From assembly GCA_018399855.1 (NCBI GenBank), contig JAGYNX010000002.1:1-36370 (forward strand): a stretch of DNA of 36,370 nucleotides, written 5' to 3'. A program made the translations under genes and the position numbers. The notes beneath the pieces are model-generated. The model saw nothing but the letters and a program-made list of their open reading frames with translations, made no database searches and was not told the origin of the DNA. Below are positions 26,615-36,370 of this stretch, in pieces. The stretch is from Spirochaetota bacterium. Its GTDB lineage: Bacteria > Spirochaetota > UBA4802 > UB4802. The number at the start of each line of letters is the position of its first letter. The first letter of the stretch is position 1.

Positions 26615-27393
26615 AGGAGAAGAGTGTCTACCTCCTTCACCTTGATGCGCCGAGAATAATTATCATATGCTCGGTTGTTATCGGTATCGTGATTGTCACC
26701 TTCCTGCTGGGAATGAATTTGAGCGGTAATAAAGGCCCCTCCAGTATGGCTTCCGGGGAAAATACACTTTTACCTCCCGGACTGGAAGATGGATCTTTTA
26801 ACTCGCTGCCGGGTGAATCATCACTTCTGGATTCTTCAACTAATCCCCTGATCATGGACCAGGAAAAGGAAAACATGCTTATGCCAGGTCATGATAAAGA
26901 TTCAGGGGACATAGATAAAAGTGGAAAAAATATCGCCGATTCAGGAAAGGATAGCGGGGATACAGAGGATGTTCTCAACCGTGAGGTTATTGAACAGGTG
27001 GTGCCTCCAAAGAAGATCGAACCCGAAAAAAAATCCAGTGCACCAAAAAAATCTAAAAAAATTGCACGTAGTGAAAATCCCAAAAAAACCACCCGAAAAA
27101 AGAAAGTTGTAGAGGTTTCCTCTACCCACAAAAAACCCGTACACAAGGCAATACCAAGGGGCCAGTACGTGATTCAGGTCGCCTCATTTGATACCAGCAC
27201 AAAAGCATCAAGTGAAGTTGGCCGGCTGAAGCGACTTCGATTTGACGCCTTCATTGACAGGGCAAAAGTGAGCGGGAAAACTTTTTACAGGGTACGAATT
27301 GGCCCCATACCATCAAAGACACGGGCCATCTCAATGCTGAATAATATACAGGAAATGGAACGATACCGCACCAGTTACATGGTGCAGGAATAA
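26578..27393 (+). CDS. SPOR-domain membrane protein
   Basis: It has an N-terminal TM segment (IIIICSVVIGIVIVTFLLG), a K/P/S-rich linker and a C-terminal SPOR domain (YVIQVASFDT...FYRVRIGPIPSK). It overlaps coaE by 37 nt, so the start is uncertain. Confidence 0.8.
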   Translation: MEHFEYEKQKPVKEKSVYLLHLDAPRIIIICSVVIGIVIVTFLLGMNLSGNKGPSSMASGENTLLPPGLEDGSFNSLPGESSLLDSSTNPLIMDQEKENMLMPGHDKDSGDIDKSGKNIADSGKDSGDTEDVLNREVIEQVVPPKKIEPEKKSSAPKKSKKIARSENPKKTTRKKKVVEVSSTHKKPVHKAIPRGQYVIQVASFDTSTKASSEVGRLKRLRFDAFIDRAKVSGKTFYRVRIGPIPSKTRAISMLNNIQEMERYRTSYMVQE

Positions 27394-27404
27394 AATACAT
27401 ACTT

Positions 27405-27468
27405 CACCACAGAGGCACAGAGTTACAGAGTTATTATTTCAAAAAATTAATAGCAGAGAGACGTTAAG
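27405..27468 (+). repeat. REP-like element, diverged copy C1
   Basis: CACCACAGAGGCACAGAGTTACAGAG...ATTAATAGCAGAGAGACGTTAAG has the same head (ACCACAGAGG) and tail (..CG(T/C)TAAG) as copies A and B. Confidence 0.7.
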
Positions 27469-27487
27469 TCTGTGATGATCGCAAAGT

Positions 27488-27520
27488 AAAAAAAAACAAG
27501 GGGTTTAAGCCCCTTGTTTT
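27488..27520. terminator. bidirectional rho-independent terminator between the SPOR gene and gyrA
   Basis: The sequence is A9-ACAAGGGG-tttaag-CCCCTTGT-TTT. This gives an 8-bp stem with an A-run upstream and a T-run downstream. Confidence 0.75.
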
Positions 27521-27550
27521 GTATGAATAAATTCTATATCTCTTTACGTA

Positions 27551-27620
27551 CTTAGCGTCCCTTGCGCCTCTGCGGTAATCCTTTTACATATAACCCCTGT
27601 GTCTCTGTACCTCTGTGGTA
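27551..27620 (-). repeat. REP-like element, copy C2 (inverted relative to A, B and C1)
   Basis: The reverse complement reads TACCACAGAGGTACAGAGACACAGGGGTTATATGTAAAAGGATTACCGCAGAGGCGCAAGGGACGCTAAG. Confidence 0.8.
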
Positions 27621-27632
27621 AACCCCATCAGG

Positions 27633-30116
27633 TTATTCTTTTTCTTCGAAGATTACCGCGAAATCTATAACCGCGTCATCATCGTCTATGCTGAGCAGGG
27701 TGACCCCCATCGTGGTTCTCCCCTGTGTTGATACATCCTTTGCAAGAAGGCGTATGGTCATACCTTTTCTTGAGGCAATGATTATCTCGTCTTCCGGAAA
27801 AACGGTATGAATTCCCACCGCGTTTCCATTTTTTGCCCCCTTCTTGAAGTAAGTCATTCCTTTACCACCCCGTCCCCTGGTGGCGAAGTTCTTATAGCTT
27901 ACCTTCTTCCCGAAACCTTTTTCTGTTACCATGAAAAGGTCTGCTTTCAGGTTTACCACGTCTATGCCAATAATTTCGTCATCCTTTGCAAGGCGCATAC
28001 CTATTATACCTGCAGAGTTTCGGCCCATGGAGCGCATCTTGGATATATTGGTACGCAGAAGCAATCCATGGCTGGTTGCGATAACCACGTCATCATTCAT
28101 ATGCACATACTTCACATCTACCAGTTCATCATCTTTTTTCAGGTTCAGGGCTATAATTCCACCCTTCTTGGCATTGGCAAAATCCTTTACCGCGGTCTTT
28201 TTCATAATGCCATGCCGTGTAACCATGCAGAGAAAGTCTTCATCGTTAAAATCAGGAACAGCACATATGGCGGTAATATTCTCCTGGCTTGAAAGGTTGA
28301 TGATGCCCTTCAACGATTTACCCCTGCTGGTTTTAGACGCAACCGGTATTTCATATATTTTCATACCGAATATCTTTCCCTTGTTGGAAAACAAGAACAG
28401 TGTATCATGGGTGGAAGCAATACTCATCTTCGAAATATAATCTTCCCGCTTCAAGGCGGCCCCGGTTACTCCTTTTCCGCCCCGACGCTGCTTTTTAAAC
28501 GTATCAACCGGAAGCCTGCGAATAAAACCATCATTGGAAATGGTAATAACCATGTCTTCTTCCGCGATAAGGTCTTCAACATCGAAACTTGTGGTAGCAT
28601 CTCCACCTGCCAGTATCTCGGTTTTCCTGGGATTACTGTACTTATTTTTTATTTCCTGAAGCTCTTCTTTTATGATGTTTAGAATTTTTTTATCACTTTT
28701 TAATATAGCCTTGAGTTCTGCAATAAGCTTCATCAGTTGCTTCAATTCATCCACAATCTTCTGTACTTCAAGACTTGTAAGGCGCTGCAATCTCATATCA
28801 AGAATAGCTTTTGCCTGCACATCAGAAAACTTGAAACGTTTGATAAGGTTTTTACTGGCTTCATCAACTGTCTTTGATGCCCTTATGATCTTAATTACTT
28901 CGTCAATATTATCAAGGGCTATCTTCAGTCCTTCAAGTATATGGGCACGTTCTTCAGCTTTTCTTAGCTCATACTGGGTACGCCGTACAATAACGGTTTT
29001 CCGGTGCAGAATGTAATGGGACAGCACCTCCTTCAAGTTAAGCATCCTGGGTTCACCGTTCACCAGTGCCATCATGTTCACACCAAAGGTGGATTGTAAC
29101 TGGGTATGCTTGTACAGCTGGTTTATTATTATACTGCTATTGGCGTCCTTCTTAAGACCGATCACAATTCGAAGACCGGTTCTATCAGATTCATCCCGCA
29201 GTTCATTTATACCCTCTAACAACTTGTTGTTCACCATGTCTGCGATACGGGCAATCAGTGAAGCCTTGTTTACCTGGTAGGGAAGTTCTGTTACAATTAC
29301 ATACTCCTTGTTCCGTTTCCCTTCCTCTACATCCAGCCTGGAACGAACGATAACACTTCCCTTACCTTTCGTGTAAGCCTTGTAAATGCCATCGGTACCC
29401 ATGATTATGGCCCCTGTGGGAAAGTCGGGACCCTTTATTATTTTCATCAATTGTTTCGGGGTGATATCCGGATCATCAATAAGAGAAATTGTACCGTCAA
29501 TTATCTCCCCAAGGTTATGAGGAGGAATATTGGTAGCCATGCCAACAGCGATACCGGATGATCCGTTTACCAGGAGGTTAGGAAAAGCAGATGGAAGAAC
29601 CACTGGTTCCTGCCTGGTCTCGTCAAAGTTTGGAATAAAATCAACCGTTTCCTTATCTATGTCCTTGAGTAATTCCTGGGCAATGGCGGTAAGGCGAGCC
29701 TCGGTGTACCGGTACGCGGCGGCGGGGTCACCATCAACCGAACCGAAGTTACCCTGCCCGTCAACAAGCCGGTGACGCATTGAAAAATTCTGGGCAAGCC
29801 TTACAATGGTGTCATATATTGCTGCATCACCATGGGGGTGAAAGTTACCAATAACTTCACCCACGATCTTCGCCGACTTTACATACGGTCTATCGTTTCT
29901 CCACGCCCGTTCATTCATGGCATGAAGAATTCGCCGGTGAACCGGTTTCAACCCATCCCGCACGTCAGGAAGGGCTCGACCGGCGATTACGCTCATGGCA
30001 TAATCCAGGTATGAGCGCTTCATTGAGTCTTCTATCTCGACATTATACACCTTTGTAAAAAGATCACCCTGCTCGTTATCTTTTTTCTTATCTTTACTAT
30101 TACCTTTTTCAGCCAC
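27633..30116 (-). CDS. gyrA: DNA gyrase subunit A
   Basis: 827 aa with [17 protein letters not shown], the active-site region [11 protein letters not shown] and a C-terminal beta-pinwheel repeat region. It has a GTG start with GGAG 10 nt upstream. Confidence 0.95.
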   Translation of the reverse strand: MAEKGNSKDKKKDNEQGDLFTKVYNVEIEDSMKRSYLDYAMSVIAGRALPDVRDGLKPVHRRILHAMNERAWRNDRPYVKSAKIVGEVIGNFHPHGDAAIYDTIVRLAQNFSMRHRLVDGQGNFGSVDGDPAAAYRYTEARLTAIAQELLKDIDKETVDFIPNFDETRQEPVVLPSAFPNLLVNGSSGIAVGMATNIPPHNLGEIIDGTISLIDDPDITPKQLMKIIKGPDFPTGAIIMGTDGIYKAYTKGKGSVIVRSRLDVEEGKRNKEYVIVTELPYQVNKASLIARIADMVNNKLLEGINELRDESDRTGLRIVIGLKKDANSSIIINQLYKHTQLQSTFGVNMMALVNGEPRMLNLKEVLSHYILHRKTVIVRRTQYELRKAEERAHILEGLKIALDNIDEVIKIIRASKTVDEASKNLIKRFKFSDVQAKAILDMRLQRLTSLEVQKIVDELKQLMKLIAELKAILKSDKKILNIIKEELQEIKNKYSNPRKTEILAGGDATTSFDVEDLIAEEDMVITISNDGFIRRLPVDTFKKQRRGGKGVTGAALKREDYISKMSIASTHDTLFLFSNKGKIFGMKIYEIPVASKTSRGKSLKGIINLSSQENITAICAVPDFNDEDFLCMVTRHGIMKKTAVKDFANAKKGGIIALNLKKDDELVDVKYVHMNDDVVIATSHGLLLRTNISKMRSMGRNSAGIIGMRLAKDDEIIGIDVVNLKADLFMVTEKGFGKKVSYKNFATRGRGGKGMTYFKKGAKNGNAVGIHTVFPEDEIIIASRKGMTIRLLAKDVSTQGRTTMGVTLLSIDDDDAVIDFAVIFEEKE

Positions 30117-30229
30117 GACAGATTAACTCCAATATATAAAAAAATTATTTCTAATAGAACCACCTGAACATTTTCACACAGAATAAACGTACCCGTGTAA
30201 CGGTTGGTCACCCTGGTTAGCTGTGAATT

Positions 30230-32369
<2,140 letters not shown>

Positions 32370-32371
32370 GG

Positions 32372-32734
32372 CTACCTCTTCCTGAAACCCTTACCCTGCG
32401 TGCTATTCCCCTCTATCCGTTCTATGTCTGTTCGCATATGTTGTATCATCACAAGCTTATGTTTCTCCTGTAAAGAGGCAATGATACTGTTTTGTATCAT
32501 TGCTAACTCGTTGGCATACACCGGATGATCAACGCTTACGTACAGGGTACTTTTAATTATTTTCTTGGGGACAGAATGAGTTGCGATTATTTCTCCAACA
32601 ACATCGGGCCATACTACCTGTATCTGTCCCAAAACATACTCTTCGTCAAGATTAAAATCATGAATAACAGAGGAAAGCAGGGATTTAAACGACCTGGTTC
32701 TGTATTCCCTTTTCTCACCCAGCCTGAATCTCAT
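32372..32734 (-). CDS. DUF721 (DciA-like) protein
   Basis: 120 aa. The pattern IQVVWPDVVGEIIATHSVPKKIIKSTLYVSVDHPVYANEL fits the DUF721 signature (W..IVG..IA.H..P..L..G.L.V.V.S..WA.EL). It has an ATGA overlap with the recF stop. Confidence 0.78.
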   Translation of the reverse strand: MRFRLGEKREYRTRSFKSLLSSVIHDFNLDEEYVLGQIQVVWPDVVGEIIATHSVPKKIIKSTLYVSVDHPVYANELAMIQNSIIASLQEKHKLVMIQHMRTDIERIEGNSTQGKGFRKR

Positions 32735-33837
32735 GATTTCACCTCCACCCGGGAGTTCTCTCTTATATAAAATTCACGTTCCTTTTTCCTGCTTCCCCAT
32801 ATCCTTGCGGCATCAACCATGGTAAATATTATTTGATTTTCTTCCTGAAAAAATGCAACAACATTATGTCTCCGACGTTCATCAAGCTGTGACATTATAT
32901 CATCAACCAGCAGTATGGGTTTCACCCCTTTTTGTGTTTCAACCAGTTGCATTTCAGTTATCTTTAACGATACAGAAGCCATTCTTACCTGGCCCTCTGA
33001 TGCATAATATACAAATCCCCTGCCATCACTGCTTTCCAGTATAAAATCATCCCGCTGGGGTCCTGATGTTGTTGTTCCCGACTGTATATCCCGTAGCCTG
33101 TTCTTTTTCAGCAATACTTCCAGCGCATCTTTATCAAAGCTTTTCATGGATGGGCGGTATCTCATTAATGGGATATCTTCATACCCGGAAATTGATGCAT
33201 AAGCATTCTGAAAAAGCTTCATTGATCGTTCAACCGTGTCACTTCGCCTGGCCATGATCACAGATGATGAATCAGCAAACATCTGATCCCAGACATCGAG
33301 GTCCCTGGCATCTTTACTTCCATCACGAATATCTTTTAAAAGCGAATTTCTATTTTTTAAGATTCGCCTGAATTCCTGTAAATGGTCAATATAAGTTGTA
33401 TCAATCTTGGATATTACACCGTCAAAGAAACGTCTTCGTATATCTGGTGATCCATATACAAGTATGGTATCACCGGGGGAAAAAATTACGGTAACAAGCT
33501 TTCCAAAATAATCTGATATTTTTTTTTCTTCCTTACCATCTATTTTAGCTTTTTTTTTTATAATTTCACCATATTTTGCGCATCCTATCTCAAACCGCTG
33601 GTATTGTGTATCTTTCACTTCAGCGCTGCAGTAATACTGTTCATGTCCCCACTGTATAATCTCGGTGTCGGGCACATTTCTGAAGGATTTAACCTGTGAT
33701 AATACAGCCAGGGCTTCAATAATATTTGTTTTCCCTGTACCATTCTGGCCGGTAATAAAATTATTTCCGGGACAAAAATCAAGGGTCAGGTTTTCATAAT
33801 TTCTGAAATTTTTTAATGTTAGTGTAGACACATGCAT
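32731..33837 (-). CDS. recF: DNA replication and repair protein RecF
   Basis: 368 aa with LTLKNFRNYENLTLDF and Walker A GQNGTGKTNIIEAL. Confidence 0.92.
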   Translation of the reverse strand: MHVSTLTLKNFRNYENLTLDFCPGNNFITGQNGTGKTNIIEALAVLSQVKSFRNVPDTEIIQWGHEQYYCSAEVKDTQYQRFEIGCAKYGEIIKKKAKIDGKEEKKISDYFGKLVTVIFSPGDTILVYGSPDIRRRFFDGVISKIDTTYIDHLQEFRRILKNRNSLLKDIRDGSKDARDLDVWDQMFADSSSVIMARRSDTVERSMKLFQNAYASISGYEDIPLMRYRPSMKSFDKDALEVLLKKNRLRDIQSGTTTSGPQRDDFILESSDGRGFVYYASEGQVRMASVSLKITEMQLVETQKGVKPILLVDDIMSQLDERRRHNVVAFFQEENQIIFTMVDAARIWGSRKKEREFYIRENSRVEVKS

Positions 33838-33864
33838 ATGGATATATATTTTTATTCATCACCA

Positions 33865-34989
33865 TCAGGATGATTTTACCTGTATTGGCATAATAACTGT
33901 CAGGTACTCATCATCACCTTCTGGTACAATGGTAAGAGGACTCATAACCCCTGTCACCCCGATAGTAACCGAATAGGCATCTACATCTCTTAATATATCC
34001 ATCAGGAACTGGGCATTAAGACCAATGGTAATCTCTTCAGAAGAATCACATTCAACCTGTATTTCCTCTTTCCCTTCACCAAGATCAGGGGTGTTGGCCT
34101 CAATGGTCATGACATTTCCGTTGAAGTGCAATAGTATTTTCCAGGAAGGTTCCCTGGTGAAAATTCTAACCCTGCTCAATGATTCCCTGAACTTCTTTGT
34201 TTCAACAACGACTTTCAGTATGTAATCCTTGGGAATAACCTGTGTATAATCAGGGAACTGTCCCTCAACTATACGTGAAATAATTTCTGTAGTTCCAATC
34301 TCGAAATAACACTGCTTGTTATCAAAGGACATCATGCAGGTCTCTTTTTGACCAAGAAGACGAATCAGCTCGTGTATGGTTTTAAGAGGTATAACCACAC
34401 CATTGTCCATTGTAATATTGTTATTAATAGTTCTGTCTATCAATGCCAGCCTGCGGGAATCAGTGGCAACGGCACTTAACTTGTTTTCTCCACCTGAAAC
34501 AAAATACAGGCCGTTGAAAACCGGTTTCACAATATCATGTGCCGCGGCATGAATGGTTTTCTTGATCATCTCAAGGATAATGGACTGGTCTACCTCGATC
34601 AGGTTTGATTTATCAATTTCGGGAAGGGCAGGAAATTCTTCTCCCCCTGTACCCACAATTACATATTCACCCTTGATGGATCCAGACTTTGAGGTAAGAC
34701 TGACGCTGAAAGAATCGTTCACGTCAAGAATAACAGAACCTTCTGGAAACTCTTTCAAAAGGCTGACAAGACGTTTGCCGTTAAGGGTGAATGACATCTC
34801 TCCATCCGCAACAACATCAACCCTGCTGATAACAGCAATCTCGTTGTCTGTACCAGTAATTTCAAGAAGATCACTGGATACAGAAAAAAGGCAATTGGTA
34901 AGTATGGTGGAAACATTTTTTGAAGATATAACCGAGTCAGAGATGCTAACTCCCTTCATCAGGCTTTCCTTGTCGGCTTCAATTCTCAT
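33865..34989 (-). CDS. dnaN: DNA polymerase III subunit beta (sliding clamp)
   Basis: 374 aa with three-domain clamp length, located between dnaA and recF. The N-terminus is MRIEADKESLMKGVSISDSVISSKN and the C-terminus is YLTVIMPIQV. Confidence 0.92.
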   Translation of the reverse strand: MRIEADKESLMKGVSISDSVISSKNVSTILTNCLFSVSSDLLEITGTDNEIAVISRVDVVADGEMSFTLNGKRLVSLLKEFPEGSVILDVNDSFSVSLTSKSGSIKGEYVIVGTGGEEFPALPEIDKSNLIEVDQSIILEMIKKTIHAAAHDIVKPVFNGLYFVSGGENKLSAVATDSRRLALIDRTINNNITMDNGVVIPLKTIHELIRLLGQKETCMMSFDNKQCYFEIGTTEIISRIVEGQFPDYTQVIPKDYILKVVVETKKFRESLSRVRIFTREPSWKILLHFNGNVMTIEANTPDLGEGKEEIQVECDSSEEITIGLNAQFLMDILRDVDAYSVTIGVTGVMSPLTIVPEGDDEYLTVIMPIQVKSS

Positions 34990-35249
34990 TGTAAACTCCA
35001 GCTGTTATTAATTAACATATTTTTTATTAAAGTACCAGTAGTAGCCGTAGGGTCTGTTAACATGTTGATAACTCTGTAAACACTGGTACTTTCAACATTT
35101 ATACGAAAAACGGATGTTAATAGATTATGTATTGATATTGATGAATCTGCCTGTACTGTTACTATGTAATAATAATTATGATAATAAAAAATCTATCAAC
35201 AATAATTCACAACCAGAGGGTATAGTATCAACAGGATATACACAGCACA
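34990..35249. other. AT-rich dnaA-dnaN spacer with DnaA-box-like motifs (candidate oriC or part of it)
   Basis: TGTTGATAA at 35063-35071 is TTATCAACA on the minus strand, 8/9 to TTATCCACA. CTATCAACA lies at 35193-35201 and GTATCAACA at 35225-35233. An 11-bp inverted repeat is AAAGTACCAGT (35029-35039) with ACTGGTACTTT (35082-35092). An AT-only tract lies at about 35169-35192. Confidence 0.3.
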
Positions 35250-36370
35250 TTAACTGCGTATATCCGTGATAATGTCCTCTATCATCTCTTTGAATTCTTC
35301 GTCGTCTCTAATCATTTTTTCTACGTTGCCCATGGCATTGAGTACCGTTGAATGATCCCTGTCTCCGAATTCCTTTCCGATTTCAACGGTGGTTAATTCT
35401 GTCAGCTTACGTGCCAGGTACATGGCAATGAAACGAGGCTGCACTATTCTGCTGTGACGCCCCTTTGAAATCATATCTTCAATGGAGACATCGTATTTAT
35501 CAGAAACCTTCATCATAATATCAGATGTTGTTATTTTCTTTCCCGAATCCACGTCAAAAAGATCTTTGAGATGTTCTTTCGCGTGATGAATGCTTATTGG
35601 TTCATTATATAATGTGGCTACCGCGTTTAAACGCACCAGCGCTGCTTCAAGGGCCCGTATACTGGATTTAATTCTCCTGGCTATAAAGTAAAGAACCTCG
35701 TCACTGATGTCAATGTTCTCTCTTTCGGCCTTGTTTCTTAGAATTGCTTCGCGTGTTTCAAGGTTTGGAAGATCTATATCAGCGGTCATTCCCCATTCAA
35801 ACCTGGTACGCAGACGATCTTCAAGTGTTGAAAGATCCTTTGGAGGACGGTCACTTGATATGACGATCTGTTTCTTGTTGTTATGAAGGGTGTTAAACGT
35901 GTGGAAAAACTCTTCCTGCGTTTGTTCCTTCTTTTCAATAAATTGAATATCATCTATCAACAGGATATCCACATTACGGTATTTAATCTTGAAGCTGGTA
36001 AGGGTGCTGCCCCTGATTGCCTGTATAAACTCGTTGATAAACTGTTCACTGGGCACATACAACACCTTGAGGTAGGGCCGTTCTTCCATGATACGATGAC
36101 CGATGGCCTGCATCAGGTGTGTTTTTCCAAGACCGGTGCCCCCGTAAATAAACAGGGGATTATACTGAGTTGCCGGTGCCCGTGATACCGACATGGCGGT
36201 TGCATGGGCAAGCTGGTTGTTGGGCCCCACAACGAAATTTTCAAAGGTATACCGTGGATTGAGCATGTTGGATAATTCATCTCCAACAGAAGTCTCTCTT
36301 GCCTGCGGTTCTGGTGCCGGTTCTTCTTCTTGTTGTTTTGCATCGGTGAATCCGTTACGGGTCACAAACT
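35250..36370 (-). CDS. dnaA: chromosomal replication initiator DnaA (5' end off the right edge; domain I missing)
   Basis: The frame stays open to the window edge, and the GTG at 36365 is only the ORF-track start. It has Walker A GGTGLGKTHLMQAIG, Walker B ILLIDDIQF and domain IV GDRDHSTVLNA. Confidence 0.93.
   Translation of the reverse strand, partial: FVTRNGFTDAKQQEEEPAPEPQARETSVGDELSNMLNPRYTFENFVVGPNNQLAHATAMSVSRAPATQYNPLFIYGGTGLGKTHLMQAIGHRIMEERPYLKVLYVPSEQFINEFIQAIRGSTLTSFKIKYRNVDILLIDDIQFIEKKEQTQEEFFHTFNTLHNNKKQIVISSDRPPKDLSTLEDRLRTRFEWGMTADIDLPNLETREAILRNKAERENIDISDEVLYFIARRIKSSIRALEAALVRLNAVATLYNEPISIHHAKEHLKDLFDVDSGKKITTSDIMMKVSDKYDVSIEDMISKGRHSRIVQPRFIAMYLARKLTELTTVEIGKEFGDRDHSTVLNAMGNVEKMIRDDEEFKEMIEDIITDIRS

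Noticed and set aside
8485-27620. The four repeat copies were considered as a degenerate CRISPR array or as termini of a mobile element.
   Set aside because: The copies are kilobases apart, differ in orientation and have no regular spacers. No cas, transposase or integrase genes lie between or beside them. The intervening genes are housekeeping.
33519-33559. Two long homopolymers (T9 and T10 on the plus strand, which are A9 and A10 in the recF coding strand) that could mediate phase variation or frameshifting.
   Set aside because: They encode lysine runs (EEKKIS and KKKAK). The recF frame is intact through both, with normal length and motifs. There is no evidence of slippage in this sequence.

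Overview
This is a compact 36.4-kb bacterial chromosomal segment in the standard genetic code, with about 35 genes and mostly short intergenic gaps. It ends in the replication-initiation gene block. On the minus strand, right to left, that block is dnaA (5' end runs off the right edge), dnaN, recF, a DUF721/DciA-like gene, a DUF370/RemB-like gene, gyrB and gyrA. The rest is central metabolism and envelope housekeeping. It includes pyrB (partial, left edge), a HAD-IB hydrolase, GTP-type PEPCK, glutamine-dependent NAD synthetase, a TetR regulator, surE, an FmdB-type zinc ribbon and a proC-like reductase. It also includes an Slt70-like lytic transglycosylase, FecR-domain, HEAT and TPR repeat proteins, an LEA_2 lipoprotein, mannose-1-P guanylyltransferase, a J-domain protein, hisD, an amidohydrolase, a DUF115/Maf-like protein, coaE and a SPOR protein. 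The gene order and the FecR/HEAT/LEA_2 content are reminiscent of spirochaete-type genomes, but taxonomy cannot be assigned from this sequence alone. I found no rRNA or tRNA genes, CRISPR array, transposase, integrase, reverse transcriptase or recognisable defence or toxin module. I therefore do not claim a novel multi-gene system; most of the window is ordinary. Four things are not explained by ordinary annotation. (1) A purine-rich REP-like element of about 60-70 nt occurs in four intergenic copies, two of them as an inverted pair bracketing the terminator next to gyrA. (2) A gene-poor, very AT-rich island of about 0.9 kb (7617-8552) holds one orphan 78-aa gene whose Shine-Dalgarno sits in a hairpin loop. 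(3) The AT-rich dnaA-dnaN spacer carries clustered DnaA-box-like TATCAACA motifs, an 11-bp inverted repeat and a 19-mer that recurs inside dnaA. (4) Several uncharacterised envelope or cysteine-rich genes sit in tight arrangements. All functional calls rest on motif recognition by eye, and no database search was run.
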